Shown: positions 39,185-49,171, counted from the first letter of the stretch. The stretch: DNA of 64,000 bases from Myxococcota bacterium (GCA_963674735.2 CAXXQS010000002.1:1696001-1760000); one strand, 5' to 3'. Program-made: numbers and translations. The notes: generated from the sequence alone by a model not told the origin.

Positions 39185-39754
39185 ATGTCCAACATTTATA
39201 CACGATCAGGGGATAAGGGCCAGACTTCCCTGGTCGATGGCAGCCGGGTGGCCAAAGATGCGGAACGGGTCGAGGCCTATGGACATCTCGACGAGATCAA
39301 CTCCTGGGTGGGGGCCGCCCGCGCGTTTGCCACCGATTCGCTGCTCGATCGGACTCTGGAGTTTTTACAGCATCGGCTGTACAACTGTTCGTCCAATCTG
39401 GCCACCCCGCCCGACTCGGGTTTCGAGCCGCCGTTGGTTACCCCGGAGGATGTCATTTTTCTTGAACGGGCTATCGACCGCTTCGAAAGCGCCACCGGGC
39501 CGCTTGCCCAATTCGTGGTACCCGGAGGCAGCCAAGCAGCCGGACTTTTGCACATTTGTCGGACGGTTTGCCGCCGGACCGAACGGCGGCTGGTCGGGTT
39601 AAGCGCCAGCGAACCGGTCGATGCCACGGTTGTGGCTTTCATCAACCGTGCCTCCGATTTTCTCTTTGCCGCTGCGCGCTATGCCAATCAGGTAGTGGGG
39701 GCGGAGGACGTTCATTGGGACAAAAATCTGCCCTTACCCGACCTGGATGTATAG
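39185..39754 (+). CDS. Cob(I)alamin adenosyltransferase, PduO type
   Basis: IYTRSGDKGQT, RVEAYG.LDE.NS, RTVCRRTER, INRASDFLF; GGAGG RBS. Confidence 0.92.
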   Translation: MSNIYTRSGDKGQTSLVDGSRVAKDAERVEAYGHLDEINSWVGAARAFATDSLLDRTLEFLQHRLYNCSSNLATPPDSGFEPPLVTPEDVIFLERAIDRFESATGPLAQFVVPGGSQAAGLLHICRTVCRRTERRLVGLSASEPVDATVVAFINRASDFLFAAARYANQVVGAEDVHWDKNLPLPDLDV

Positions 39755-39776
39755 GTCGGCCTTTTTGTGACGCCTA

Positions 39777-41075
39777 TCAGCCTTTTCCGTTCGAAAGAAT
39801 CGGTTGCCCGTGGGGGTCGGTGTCGGGATGGTCCACCGCCTGCGCCACGTCTTGTAGAAGTTTGTCGTTGATGAAGTGTTCCATACGGTCGGCCGGACTA
39901 TGCAGATGATCGTCGGGCAACGGGGAATGTTTGGCCAGGAAGCTTTCCCATAGACGATGTCCGCGTATCAGCTTTCCGGCTTCTTTGCGGCCCTCATCGG
40001 ACAGGCTGAATCCGTCGGCCGCTCGTTGCATGAGACCGCGCCAGGTCAGCATGTTCAAAGCAAGGGTGTGGCCTGTGCGACCGCTCATGGCCTCGACGAT
40101 GGCGTTGCGCGGCATGGCGCTTCCTGACCCGCGTTCCTGCCAACGATAGACCAACGCCATGATGTCTTCACGCTGAATCCGCAATTTGACCCGCAGTTGG
40201 AACAGGGTACGTGCCACAACGCCGTAATGCGGTCCGAACAGCACCGCCAGGACGAAATGCGCACCGGCCGCGACCGCCATCATGCCGGCAACCGAAGTGT
40301 CCAGCATCAGGGCCGATTCACGCCCCAGAACCGCAGATGAAATACCCACCACAACCGACAGCAGCACCATCCAGTGCATGCGATCGGTGAGCAGATACGC
40401 GGTCGCCGAGGGGACCACCAGCATGGCGACCACCAAAATGGACCCGACCGCTTCGAAAGCCACGACGGTAAAGCCTGCAACCATGGCCATCAGCAGATAG
40501 TGGATCAATGTTGTCGGCAAGCCGAGGGTGGTGGCCAGATTCGGGTCGAAACTGACGATCTTCAGCTCTTTCCAGAACAGTCCCACGAACGCGATGATGA
40601 TGACGGTGGCAATCGCCAGTGTGAGCGTCATGCGCGGGATCTCCAGCCCTGCAAGGCTGATCGTATCCAGCGCGGCCGATTCCAGAATACCGTAGAGCAC
40701 GCAGCCCGGGTCCAGATCGACCTGGCTGGCGACTCGGCTGATCAGGATTACGCCGAGGGCGAACAGCGAGGTGAAGACAACGCCGATGGCGGCGTCTTCG
40801 GCGACGCGGGCGAAACGGCGGATCAGCTCGGTCAGCAGAACGGTCGCGAGACCGGCCAGCGCCGCTCCGATCAGCATGGGGATGGGGTGGCGGCTCTGGG
40901 CGACCACGAAGGCGATGGCCAGGCCCGGCAAGACGGCGTGTGAAATCGCATCCCCCAGCAGGCTCATGCGGCGCAGAACGAGGTAATTGCCCAGCAACGC
41001 TCCCGAAACATTCACCAGAATGCCGGTTGCGATGATCCAAAATCCGATGGCGTCAAATCCGAGTACGGTATCCAT
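39777..41075 (-). CDS. Mn/Fe/Zn ABC permease (TroD/MntD-like) with a fused DtxR-like C-terminal domain
   Basis: GDAISHAVLPG, DAAIG, EAVGSILV; C-terminal LSDEGRKEAGKLIRGHRLWESFL...ADRMEH...DPHGQPI. Confidence 0.9.
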   Translation of the reverse strand: MDTVLGFDAIGFWIIATGILVNVSGALLGNYLVLRRMSLLGDAISHAVLPGLAIAFVVAQSRHPIPMLIGAALAGLATVLLTELIRRFARVAEDAAIGVVFTSLFALGVILISRVASQVDLDPGCVLYGILESAALDTISLAGLEIPRMTLTLAIATVIIIAFVGLFWKELKIVSFDPNLATTLGLPTTLIHYLLMAMVAGFTVVAFEAVGSILVVAMLVVPSATAYLLTDRMHWMVLLSVVVGISSAVLGRESALMLDTSVAGMMAVAAGAHFVLAVLFGPHYGVVARTLFQLRVKLRIQREDIMALVYRWQERGSGSAMPRNAIVEAMSGRTGHTLALNMLTWRGLMQRAADGFSLSDEGRKEAGKLIRGHRLWESFLAKHSPLPDDHLHSPADRMEHFINDKLLQDVAQAVDHPDTDPHGQPILSNGKG

Positions 41076-41100
41076 GGTGTCATCTCCACGGGGTTGAGTA

Positions 41101-42507
41101 TCAGGCGTGCTCGCCTTCCGTTAACGGGTGTACGGAGCTTGGCGCAGTGGCGGGCCAACGTCCGGCGGCCTGTAGCTTCTGTTCGAGATCTTTGAGGATT
41201 TCGGGCGTCAGCACGTGTTCGATCTCGTCGGCGTCGCGATGGACGTGGTCGGACGCGATGGAAGCCTGTTCCACCAGGTAGACTTCCCATAGTCGATGCG
41301 CCCGCACGATCTGGGCAGCGTGCCGCCGTCCGGCTTCCGTCAAACGCCAACCGGTCGGATGGCTCTCGACTTCGCCGAGCAGCCGTCCCCACCAGCTTAA
41401 CACCTGTAATTGGCGCGGCGACCACGAGCGCAACTTGAGCAGCACCGAGGGTGTAATCGGGATGTCGATGTTTTCATTTTCTTCGGCGGCTTCGAACAAG
41501 GTGCGTAGCAGATTCTGTCGGGCAATGCGCAAACGGGTGGTGAGTTCCAGTAAACTGCGCGCGATCAATCCCCGGCGCGGGGCCACCAGCATGCTGATCA
41601 TGAAGACCGCCGATCCCGACAAGACAATCACGGCTCCGGCGGGCAAGTCCGCGAATTGAGCGCTGGCGTAGGTGCCGACAAAACCGGTCAGCAACCCGAA
41701 GAATCCCGCCAGCGGGACCAGGACGTGCAGTTTATCCGTCCAGAAACGCGCCGAGACTCCCGGAATGATCAGCATGGCGGCGATCAGCACCACACCTACG
41801 GCGGGCAGGCCGATCACGGTGGTGAATACCAGAAGCGCCATCAACAAACCATCGAGAACCAGTACCGGCCAACCGAGCACGGCCGCGAAATCGGGATCGA
41901 AGCCGATCAGTTTGAATTCTTTATAGAGCAGGGCCACCATAACCAGAACGTTGGCCGCAACCAGCGCGATGGTCAGCAGATCCTGGCTGATCATACCGGC
42001 CGTTTTTCCGAGCAAAAAGGCGTCGAGTCCGGCTTGCTGGCCTGTGGGATCGTCCTGGATGATGCGTGAGAGGGCGATACCCAGACCGAACAACACGCTC
42101 AACACGATTCCGATGGCGGCATCGGACTTGATGCGGGTATGGCGTATCAGCCAAGAGATGGCCAGACTACCCAAAATACCGCTGATGGCGGCGCCGGTCA
42201 GCATACCGATGAAGTTGCGTTCGCCGATGAGCATAAAAGCGATGGCCAGGCCGGGTAGGGCGGCATGCGCCACCGCGTCGCCCACCAGGGAGCGCTTTTT
42301 CAAGACGGCGAAAGCCCCGACGACACCCGAGGTCAGGCCCAGCAGACTCGTGCCCAGCCAGATCAGAAACGAGTTGTAATGCAAACCGAAAAGATCGGCC
42401 AGTACGACGATCCCTTGCTGGATCGGTTCGAGGCCGAAAGCTTCGACGGCGGTGATCTCAAGCGCCAGCGCTACCGGGATAAGCCATAGCAATCCAAAGC
42501 GTTGCAT
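41101..42507 (-). CDS. Mn/Fe/Zn ABC permease (TroC/MntC-like) with a fused DtxR-like C-terminal domain
   Basis: GDAVAHAALPG; LTEAGRRHAAQIVRAHRLWEVYL...HRDADEIEH. Confidence 0.9.
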   Translation of the reverse strand: MQRFGLLWLIPVALALEITAVEAFGLEPIQQGIVVLADLFGLHYNSFLIWLGTSLLGLTSGVVGAFAVLKKRSLVGDAVAHAALPGLAIAFMLIGERNFIGMLTGAAISGILGSLAISWLIRHTRIKSDAAIGIVLSVLFGLGIALSRIIQDDPTGQQAGLDAFLLGKTAGMISQDLLTIALVAANVLVMVALLYKEFKLIGFDPDFAAVLGWPVLVLDGLLMALLVFTTVIGLPAVGVVLIAAMLIIPGVSARFWTDKLHVLVPLAGFFGLLTGFVGTYASAQFADLPAGAVIVLSGSAVFMISMLVAPRRGLIARSLLELTTRLRIARQNLLRTLFEAAEENENIDIPITPSVLLKLRSWSPRQLQVLSWWGRLLGEVESHPTGWRLTEAGRRHAAQIVRAHRLWEVYLVEQASIASDHVHRDADEIEHVLTPEILKDLEQKLQAAGRWPATAPSSVHPLTEGEHA

Positions 42508-42510
42508 GGT

Positions 42511-43326
42511 TTACTCCTTCGCCTGACGAACGGCTTCAGCCGCGCGGTCGAGGATGGCCAGCCGTCCACCGTATGTTTTTTGAAGATTGTCGTCGTTGAA
42601 GGTTTCAGCCATGGGGCCGTGGGCCACCACGCGCATATTCAACAGGATCAGGTGGTCGAAATACTCTCGGACGGTCTGTAATGAGTGGTGCACCACGATG
42701 ACGGTCTTCTGTTGTTCTTTCAACTCGCGTAGAAGCGTGAGAATCGCGCGCTCGGTGGCTGCGTCCACGCCAGCGAAGGGTTCGTCCATGAAATACAGGC
42801 GGGCGTCCTGCACCAGCGCACGGGCCAGAAAAACCCGCTGTTGTTGTCCGCCGGAAAGCTGGCTGATCTGGCGTTCGGCGTAATCGGCCATTCCGACCTT
42901 GTCGAGGGCGTCCAAGGAAATCTCGCGGTCGTGTTTGCCCGGTCGCCGAAACAGGCCCAAATGGCCGTAGCGTCCCATCAGGACGACTTCCAGAGCCGAA
43001 ATGGGGAAATCCCAATCCACCGATTCGCGCTGGGGAACATATCCCACCAAACTGCGGTTGGTTTCGTAGGGTTTGCCGAAGATATCCACGCGTCCGCTGG
43101 CTCGTGGAATGAGGCCCAAAACGGCTTTGATGAGGGTGCTTTTTCCCGCTCCGTTGGGGCCCAGAATGGCGATGAGCTGATTTTCCGGAACGGTCAGGTC
43201 CACATCCCACAAGACCGGCTTGTTGTGATAAGCCACGGTCATGTCGTGGATTTCGAATGGAGGCACGCGTTCCGAGCTTGGGGCGGCGGCGGCGGTCGAT
43301 GAGGGATCGGTGTTGGGTGATAGCAT
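42511..43326 (-). CDS. Metal ABC ATPase (TroB/MntB-like)
   Basis: GPNGAGKS, YVPQRESVDWDFP, LSGGQQQR, DEPFAGVD. Confidence 0.93.
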   Translation of the reverse strand: MLSPNTDPSSTAAAAPSSERVPPFEIHDMTVAYHNKPVLWDVDLTVPENQLIAILGPNGAGKSTLIKAVLGLIPRASGRVDIFGKPYETNRSLVGYVPQRESVDWDFPISALEVVLMGRYGHLGLFRRPGKHDREISLDALDKVGMADYAERQISQLSGGQQQRVFLARALVQDARLYFMDEPFAGVDAATERAILTLLRELKEQQKTVIVVHHSLQTVREYFDHLILLNMRVVAHGPMAETFNDDNLQKTYGGRLAILDRAAEAVRQAKE

Positions 43327-43341
43327 GATCGGTCTCCTCGC

Positions 43342-44298
43342 TTATTTGAGTGCCTGGACGATGGTTGTGACATTGTGGCGGACCATGCCGATGTAGGTGC
43401 CTTCCGGCGCTCCGGCGGCTCCCATGGCATCGGAGAACAATTCACCCCCGATTCGCAGATCGTGGCCTTTGGCTTTCGATCCTTCGACCAGTGCTTCGAT
43501 GTTCTTTTTCGGGACACTCGATTCAACGAATACGGCCTTGATTCCGCGTGTCGCGATAAAGTCAATCAAGTTGTTGATATCCTTCACTCCTGCTTCGTCT
43601 TCGGTACTGATGCCCTGGATACCGCGAACCTCGATGCCATAGGCGTCGCCGAAATAACCGAAGGCGTCGTGGGCGGTGATGAGCACGCGCCGCTCTTTCG
43701 GAATGGTGTCGATTATCTGCAACACCCACTGATGCAAGTCGCGCAGGTCGGCTAAAAGCTTTTCGGTATTGGCATCGAATTGTGCCTTACGGGACGGGGC
43801 GGCGGCGGAGAGTCCGTCGCGGATACGGTCGGCCGCCAACATCCACAGGCGGACGTCGAACCAGATATGCGGATCGTGAGTCCCGGCGGAGGCCGACGTC
43901 TCGCGCAATTTGGCCGGTTCGATGCGATCGGAAACCGCGATGACGGTCTTCTTTTTCGCGAGCCGATGCAAAACATCGCCCAGTTTCCCTTCAAGGTGCA
44001 GGCCGTTGTAGAAAACCAAGTCCGCTTTGGCCAAAGCACGGATATCCGACTCCCGCGCTTTGTATTGATGCGGGTCGGTGCCGGGCCCCATCAGTCCGGT
44101 GGCAGTTACGCTTTCACCGCCGATAATGCGGACTAGGTCCGTGATCATGCCGACCGTGGAGACCACGTTCAAGGGCCCGCTTTTCTCGACGGCTTTGACG
44201 GCTTGGCCCGGTTCGGGTGTGTCGGATTTCGATTGGCAGCCGAGGGCCAGCAGACTGAGAAACAGTCCCACTGTCATCACGGTTAATCGATAGTTCAT
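43342..44298 (-). CDS. Metal ABC substrate-binding lipoprotein (TroA/MntA-like)
   Basis: Lipobox ALGC; DPHQY, NGLHLE, DPHIW, TAHDAF, SDA. Confidence 0.93.
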   Translation of the reverse strand: MNYRLTVMTVGLFLSLLALGCQSKSDTPEPGQAVKAVEKSGPLNVVSTVGMITDLVRIIGGESVTATGLMGPGTDPHQYKARESDIRALAKADLVFYNGLHLEGKLGDVLHRLAKKKTVIAVSDRIEPAKLRETSASAGTHDPHIWFDVRLWMLAADRIRDGLSAAAPSRKAQFDANTEKLLADLRDLHQWVLQIIDTIPKERRVLITAHDAFGYFGDAYGIEVRGIQGISTEDEAGVKDINNLIDFIATRGIKAVFVESSVPKKNIEALVEGSKAKGHDLRIGGELFSDAMGAAGAPEGTYIGMVRHNVTTIVQALK

Positions 44299-44340
44299 GT
44301 TTATTATCCCTTCTTTTATCTTTGATTCGTTTACAGGAAT

Positions 44341-45021
44341 TCATCTTTCCTGTTGTTCGCGTTCGACTCGTAAGTCATTGGCCACGCGGTCGCCCAGCGC
44401 CACCACTTCTCGGTTTCCTTCCGCAAGCCTGATCCGTCGCACACCCGAAGGCGATTCCGCCTCCAGAACTTCAAGCCGTGTTCCGAGTGTTAAACCCACG
44501 GACGATAGAAAGCGCAGCAAGTCGCTGTCTTCACGTTGCACGGCTCGTAGTGTGGCCCGTTCTCCCGCCTCCAGGTCAGACAGGCAGACCCATGAAATCT
44601 CCGGTAAAACGCCATCGATACCGGGGATGGGATGTCCGTGCGGATCGACTATGGGATGATGTAACACGTCGGACAACCGTTCTAAAAAACGGGGTGAAAC
44701 GGCGTGTTCCAGTTGTTCGGCTTCGTCGTGTACCTCTTCCCAGCCATAACCTAACACATCGACCAGGAATCGTTCCAGCAAACGGTGCCGCCGGGTCATT
44801 TCCAGGGCTATTTGGCGTCCTTCCGATGTCAAAGAAACCCCTCTATGTTGCCGATAATCGACGAGTTTCGGGTTTTCTCCATCAAGCCGCTTCAGCATGG
44901 CGGTGACCGATGAGGGTTTCACGCCCAGTTTGTCGGCCAATGCGCTGGTTCCGGCTTTTTGCTGTTCTTCTTCCAGCTTATAGATGGCCTTGAGGTAATC
45001 TTCGACGGCTTGGCTGCGCAT
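44341..45021 (-). CDS. DtxR/MntR/TroR family metal-dependent repressor with an FeoA domain
   Basis: EDYLKAIY, HRLLERFL, EAEQLEH, DPHGHPIP; start MRSQ follows an AAGGAG RBS. Confidence 0.93.
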   Translation of the reverse strand: MRSQAVEDYLKAIYKLEEEQQKAGTSALADKLGVKPSSVTAMLKRLDGENPKLVDYRQHRGVSLTSEGRQIALEMTRRHRLLERFLVDVLGYGWEEVHDEAEQLEHAVSPRFLERLSDVLHHPIVDPHGHPIPGIDGVLPEISWVCLSDLEAGERATLRAVQREDSDLLRFLSSVGLTLGTRLEVLEAESPSGVRRIRLAEGNREVVALGDRVANDLRVEREQQER

Positions 45022-45036
45022 GGCATTCTCCTTCAT

Positions 45037-45076
45037 AATTTAGATTGACCTAAAAATTAAATTTGGTATTCCAAAT
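45037..45076. promoter_or_regulatory. Putative DtxR/MntR-type operator palindromes
   Basis: TTTAG-ATTGAC-CTAAA (45039-45054) and ATTTGG-TATT-CCAAAT (45061-45076) in AT-rich DNA directly upstream of the repressor operon. Confidence 0.6.
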
Positions 45077-45218
45077 AAATAAAAATAAGGTCGTCTGCCT
45101 GTTGGTGATTTGGAAAACCGCTTGGCTGTTTGCCTTCATGTCGCGGTCCGAGTAGAATAGGTGCGATCGGAAATGGCGGATGCGCCGGAGTGGCGATGCG
45201 AGAAACGGAGTGGTGAGC

Positions 45219-46835
45219 ATGAACTATCCTGAAATGGCCATAATCACGAAGCTGGTGGTACTGGCTGTTTTGTGCGTGGTCGGCGTTTTTCGACTGGTCG
45301 CTCCAGCCGATCTTTATCGCCGTTTCCGGGTTTTGGTCGTGAGCGTGCTTCTGGTGTCGCTGGTTTTCGGCATTCTGGGTTTCTTTCACTATATGCATTT
45401 TCTGGGAGGGCGCTTCAACAACTACCACGATGTCTACCACTACTACTTCGGCTCCAAGTATTCGGCTGAACTCGGCTATTCCGATTTGTACAAATGCACC
45501 TTGATGGCGGAAATCGACGGCAAGGAAACGCTTTCCAGCTATTTTCTGAAATCGCAAATCCGGTTGATGGATACCTATGAACACGTGCCGGTGGAGCAGG
45601 TGCTGGACGAAGTCCGTGCCTGTAAGACGAATTTCAGCCCCGAGCGTTGGGAGCAGTTCACCACCGATCTGCGCGATTATCGGCGAATCTTCAACCTGCG
45701 TTCGATGAAAAGCCGTTTGAAAGACATGGGTTACAACGCCACTCCGGTGTGGAATATGGTGGGGAATTGGGTGGCGGATGTCGTCCCCGTGACGCGCTGG
45801 GGCTTGATCGGTCTGGGCTTGATCGATGTGGTTCTCTTGACCTTTGCCTTTGTGGTCGTCGGCTTGACCTTCGGCTTGGAGGCGGGGTTGATCACGGCGA
45901 TTTTCTTTTTAACGCTTTACCCGCTGCAGCGGCTGTTCATTCACGGTTCCATGCTGCGTTTCGATTGGATGGTGTGCATCATCCTTTCCATCTGCATGCT
46001 TAAACGTGGCTTCTACAAGCTGTCCGGCGGTTTGATGGCCTATTCGGCCATGGTGCGCGTCTTCCCAGTGCTGTTTCTGTTCGGACCGGGCGTGAAATTC
46101 CTATACATCTTGTGGAAAGAGCGCCGTGTGGACCGACGTCTTTTATCGTTGGGTCTGAGTTTCGCCGTAACGGCGGTGGTACTTGCGGGGCTTAGTATTT
46201 GGCACATGGACGGCCTGGGGCAGTGGGAGAGCTTCATTGGAAAGATTACGGTTCACAATCAAAGCCTGACCACCACACGTATCGGATTGAAATACGTGAT
46301 GATGTACGAGGGGGAGACGAGCCGTAAAGACTTCAAAAAGCTGGCTGGCAGTATGGGGTGGAACGCCTTGTTCGACCACAAGCGGGAGGTGCTGAAAGAG
46401 CGTCGGCCCGTGCAATTTGCCTTGATCGGACTGTTGGTGTTGGCGCTGGCCTTCGTTGTGCGGCGGCTAGACGATTATGAGGCTCTCGCCATCGGTTATC
46501 CCTTGATATTCTTACTACTCGGGCCGACCATCTATTATTCTCAAAGCGTGGCGGCTTTATGCATTTTGTTGGTGACGCGGCCCGGAAACAAGCTATACGC
46601 CTATAATTTCGCTGTGTTGACGGCGGTGATGTGTTTGAGCTTCGTTCTGACTCTGGCCATCCCTTGGGGACACCTGCGCCACTTCTGGGTGAGCCTGATG
46701 TACCTGGTCATGATCGTCGTGCTGCTCGGCACCTTCCTCTATGACGACCCCAAAGCCCGGTCCGTTATCGACCGACTCTTGCGGCGCAAACCCCGAACTC
46801 CGCCGATCGAGTCTCCGCCGGATTCCCTGGCATAA
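45219..46835 (+). CDS. Polytopic membrane protein, GT-C (GT87-like) glycosyltransferase-like
   Basis: About 12 TMs; DVYHYYFGSKY..ELGY..LY.C loop, DMGYNATPVW, GSMLRFDW, RVFP. Confidence 0.6.
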   Translation: MNYPEMAIITKLVVLAVLCVVGVFRLVAPADLYRRFRVLVVSVLLVSLVFGILGFFHYMHFLGGRFNNYHDVYHYYFGSKYSAELGYSDLYKCTLMAEIDGKETLSSYFLKSQIRLMDTYEHVPVEQVLDEVRACKTNFSPERWEQFTTDLRDYRRIFNLRSMKSRLKDMGYNATPVWNMVGNWVADVVPVTRWGLIGLGLIDVVLLTFAFVVVGLTFGLEAGLITAIFFLTLYPLQRLFIHGSMLRFDWMVCIILSICMLKRGFYKLSGGLMAYSAMVRVFPVLFLFGPGVKFLYILWKERRVDRRLLSLGLSFAVTAVVLAGLSIWHMDGLGQWESFIGKITVHNQSLTTTRIGLKYVMMYEGETSRKDFKKLAGSMGWNALFDHKREVLKERRPVQFALIGLLVLALAFVVRRLDDYEALAIGYPLIFLLLGPTIYYSQSVAALCILLVTRPGNKLYAYNFAVLTAVMCLSFVLTLAIPWGHLRHFWVSLMYLVMIVVLLGTFLYDDPKARSVIDRLLRRKPRTPPIESPPDSLA

Positions 46836-46947
46836 ACAAGATCGGGACAAGCAGAGTCTGGGCACTATTTGGGCACAACCCAAACAGTCAAACACCGCGA
46901 GTTTGTAGATACCGCCAGAGAATAATTGGCGATATTTCTACGTTATT

Positions 46948-47850
46948 CTACTCCCCATCTCGTGCACAACGGAAGCCGGTTTGTTCTGTTCTTGAATCAG
47001 AAGAAGAGAATGATCGAAATGGAATAGCAACTCCACCATTTGATGTAGCCCAGGATCTGCTTTTTACAATATTCTGTACCTCATTGTAGGGCTGGACATT
47101 TTCGCATTCAGTCAACCAAGCACTACCATCGTCTGGTGCACCTTCAAATGTTAAATGGGAGCAATCCTCAACCCATTCATAAGCATTTCCTAACATATCG
47201 TAGAGGCCAAAATTATTAGGTAATTTTTCTCCAACAGGATGGGAATGATTCTCACTGTTTTCATAAATCCAGGCGATGTCGAGCAGACAGCAATCCTCAA
47301 TTTCCACATCGATGCCGCAGACCTCTTCGCCACAGTAATAGATGCCCTCTGTTCCGGCACGGGCGGCGTATTCCCATTCGGCTTCGCTGGGTAGCCGTCC
47401 TCCTACAACTTCGCAGAAAGCACGGGCGTCGTGCCAGGACACCCGTGCCACCGGGCAATCGACGCATTCATGCATCGTGTCCGCCAGCGGATTGCTTCCT
47501 ATGATCTGTTCGTACTGTGCCTGCGTGACCTCGGTGGCCATCATCTCGAAGGCTGAAACCGTGACTTGGTGAGAAGGACCATGAAAAGGCGGGCAGGTCC
47601 ACCAATTGAAATCATAAGGGTTTTCATACTCGCAACCCATCGTGAAGTTTCCGGCCGGGATCGGTGCCCAGGTAATCGATGATGGATCGTTTTCGCTATC
47701 GGCCTCAGAGTCGACCTCCGAACGATCCGACTCTTCACCTGCGACTTCGCTGTCCAGATCGCCGTCGTCTGTAGTCGACTCTGAATCGCAAGCGATGAGC
47801 GGGAACAGGAAGGCGATCAAAAGACAAGCGATGCTAGCCCTAGGTTTCAT
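46948..47850 (-). CDS. FGE-sulfatase (SUMF1) domain lipoprotein, copy A
   Basis: Lipobox LIAC; acidic linker with DDGD; TEVT, RLPSEAEWEYAARAG, FGLYDMLGN..EW, GFRCAR. Confidence 0.9.
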   Translation of the reverse strand: MKPRASIACLLIAFLFPLIACDSESTTDDGDLDSEVAGEESDRSEVDSEADSENDPSSITWAPIPAGNFTMGCEYENPYDFNWWTCPPFHGPSHQVTVSAFEMMATEVTQAQYEQIIGSNPLADTMHECVDCPVARVSWHDARAFCEVVGGRLPSEAEWEYAARAGTEGIYYCGEEVCGIDVEIEDCCLLDIAWIYENSENHSHPVGEKLPNNFGLYDMLGNAYEWVEDCSHLTFEGAPDDGSAWLTECENVQPYNEVQNIVKSRSWATSNGGVAIPFRSFSSSDSRTEQTGFRCARDGE

Positions 47851-47853
47851 GAT

Positions 47854-48753
47854 TTACTCCCCATCCCGTGCGCAACGGAAACCAATATGAGGATCACTAT
47901 CATCTAAATCCACACCACTTCGATGAACTACACTACATGAAGTTGCTGATGCCCCCCAAGATCTTCCTTTTATTACGGTGTTGCTTTGAGTATGTTTCTG
48001 GCAGTCTGTTTTCCAGGCACTGCCGTCAGTCGGGGCGCCTTCAAAAGATGGATGCCAGCAGTCCTCCATCCATTCATAGATGTTGCCCAGCGTATCGTAG
48101 AGACCGAAGGCATTGGGTTGCTTCTCTCCCACTGGATGAGTATGGTTATCGCTATTTTCTTCCACCCAGGCGATGTCGAGCAGACAGCAATCCTCAATTT
48201 CCACATCGACGCCGCAGACCTCTTCGCCACAGTAATAAAGACCTTCCGTTTCGGCACGGGCGGCGTATTCCCATTCGGCTTCGCTGGGTAGCCGTCCTCC
48301 TACAGCTTCGCAGAAAGCACGGGCGTCGTGCCAGGACACCCTTGCCACCGGGCAATCGGCACATTCGTGCATCGTGTCCGCCAGCGGATTGCTTCCTATG
48401 ACCTGTTCGTACTGCGTCTGCGTGACCTCGGTGGCCATCATCTCGAAGGCCGGAACGTTCACTTCATGAGGAGGGCTGCTTTGGGGTAAGCAGGTATTAT
48501 CGTAGATACTCCTATATTCACAGCCCATGGTGAAGCTGCCGGTGGGGATCGGTGCCCAGGTAATCGTTGATGGATCGCTTTCGTTATCGGTCTCAGAGTC
48601 AACCTCCGAACGATCCGACTCTTCACCTGCGACTTCGCTGTCCAGATCGCCGTCGTCTGTAGTCGACTCTGAATCGCAGGCGGCAAGGGCCAGCAGCAGC
48701 AGGGGCAATAGCCCACAAGCGCGCAACGGACGCATTCGGCGTATCAAGCGCAT
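47854..48753 (-). CDS. FGE-sulfatase (SUMF1) domain lipoprotein, copy B
   Basis: Lipobox LAAC; same motifs as copy A; tandem paralogue. Confidence 0.9.
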   Translation of the reverse strand: MRLIRRMRPLRACGLLPLLLLALAACDSESTTDDGDLDSEVAGEESDRSEVDSETDNESDPSTITWAPIPTGSFTMGCEYRSIYDNTCLPQSSPPHEVNVPAFEMMATEVTQTQYEQVIGSNPLADTMHECADCPVARVSWHDARAFCEAVGGRLPSEAEWEYAARAETEGLYYCGEEVCGVDVEIEDCCLLDIAWVEENSDNHTHPVGEKQPNAFGLYDTLGNIYEWMEDCWHPSFEGAPTDGSAWKTDCQKHTQSNTVIKGRSWGASATSCSVVHRSGVDLDDSDPHIGFRCARDGE

Positions 48754-49082
48754 AACAACCCCTTCCCAAGCTGAGAGATGATCGATTCAGTGGCGAGTGA
48801 GATGATTCTAGCATGCAGACTTGAACAGGTCAAGCTCTATGTGGCTCAGGTGTGTGACATGCTTCTGCGCTGGGATAGACCGCATCGTCAGCCGGATTTC
48901 CATAATAAGCCCATCGCCAAGTGGGGCTGGCTGCCGATATTCCTTGTCGTTCCGAAGGAAGCGCCTATAATATCTTCAATTTTGAAATGTTTAACGATCC
49001 GTTGACCATGGCCGCTTGTTCGGGCGGGGAATGGAACGGATATCTGGAAATTACCCTGTGCCGAACTGTTTTACGGTTGTGA

Positions 49083-49097
49083 TTGACCAACGGTCAA
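49083..49097. promoter_or_regulatory. Palindromic operator candidate
   Basis: TTGACC-AAC-GGTCAA, 75 bp upstream of the CDS at 49172. Confidence 0.4.
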
Positions 49098-49171
49098 CAG
49101 GATGCAGCCGCAGAGTTCGGTAACGACCTGCCGGTCGACCGAGTTCGGCTTGAGAAATAAAAGGAAACGCA

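Noticed and set aside
38971-39195. N-terminal extension of MurB given by the ORF track
   Set aside because: Overlaps the divergent gene start; RBS and homology support a start at 38970
46948-47990. Diversity-generating retroelement acting on the FGE-sulfatase C-termini
   Set aside because: No reverse transcriptase or template repeat in the window. The two C-termini differ at all codon positions with A/T-ending codons, not the AAC-derived NNC pattern typical of DGR variable repeats.
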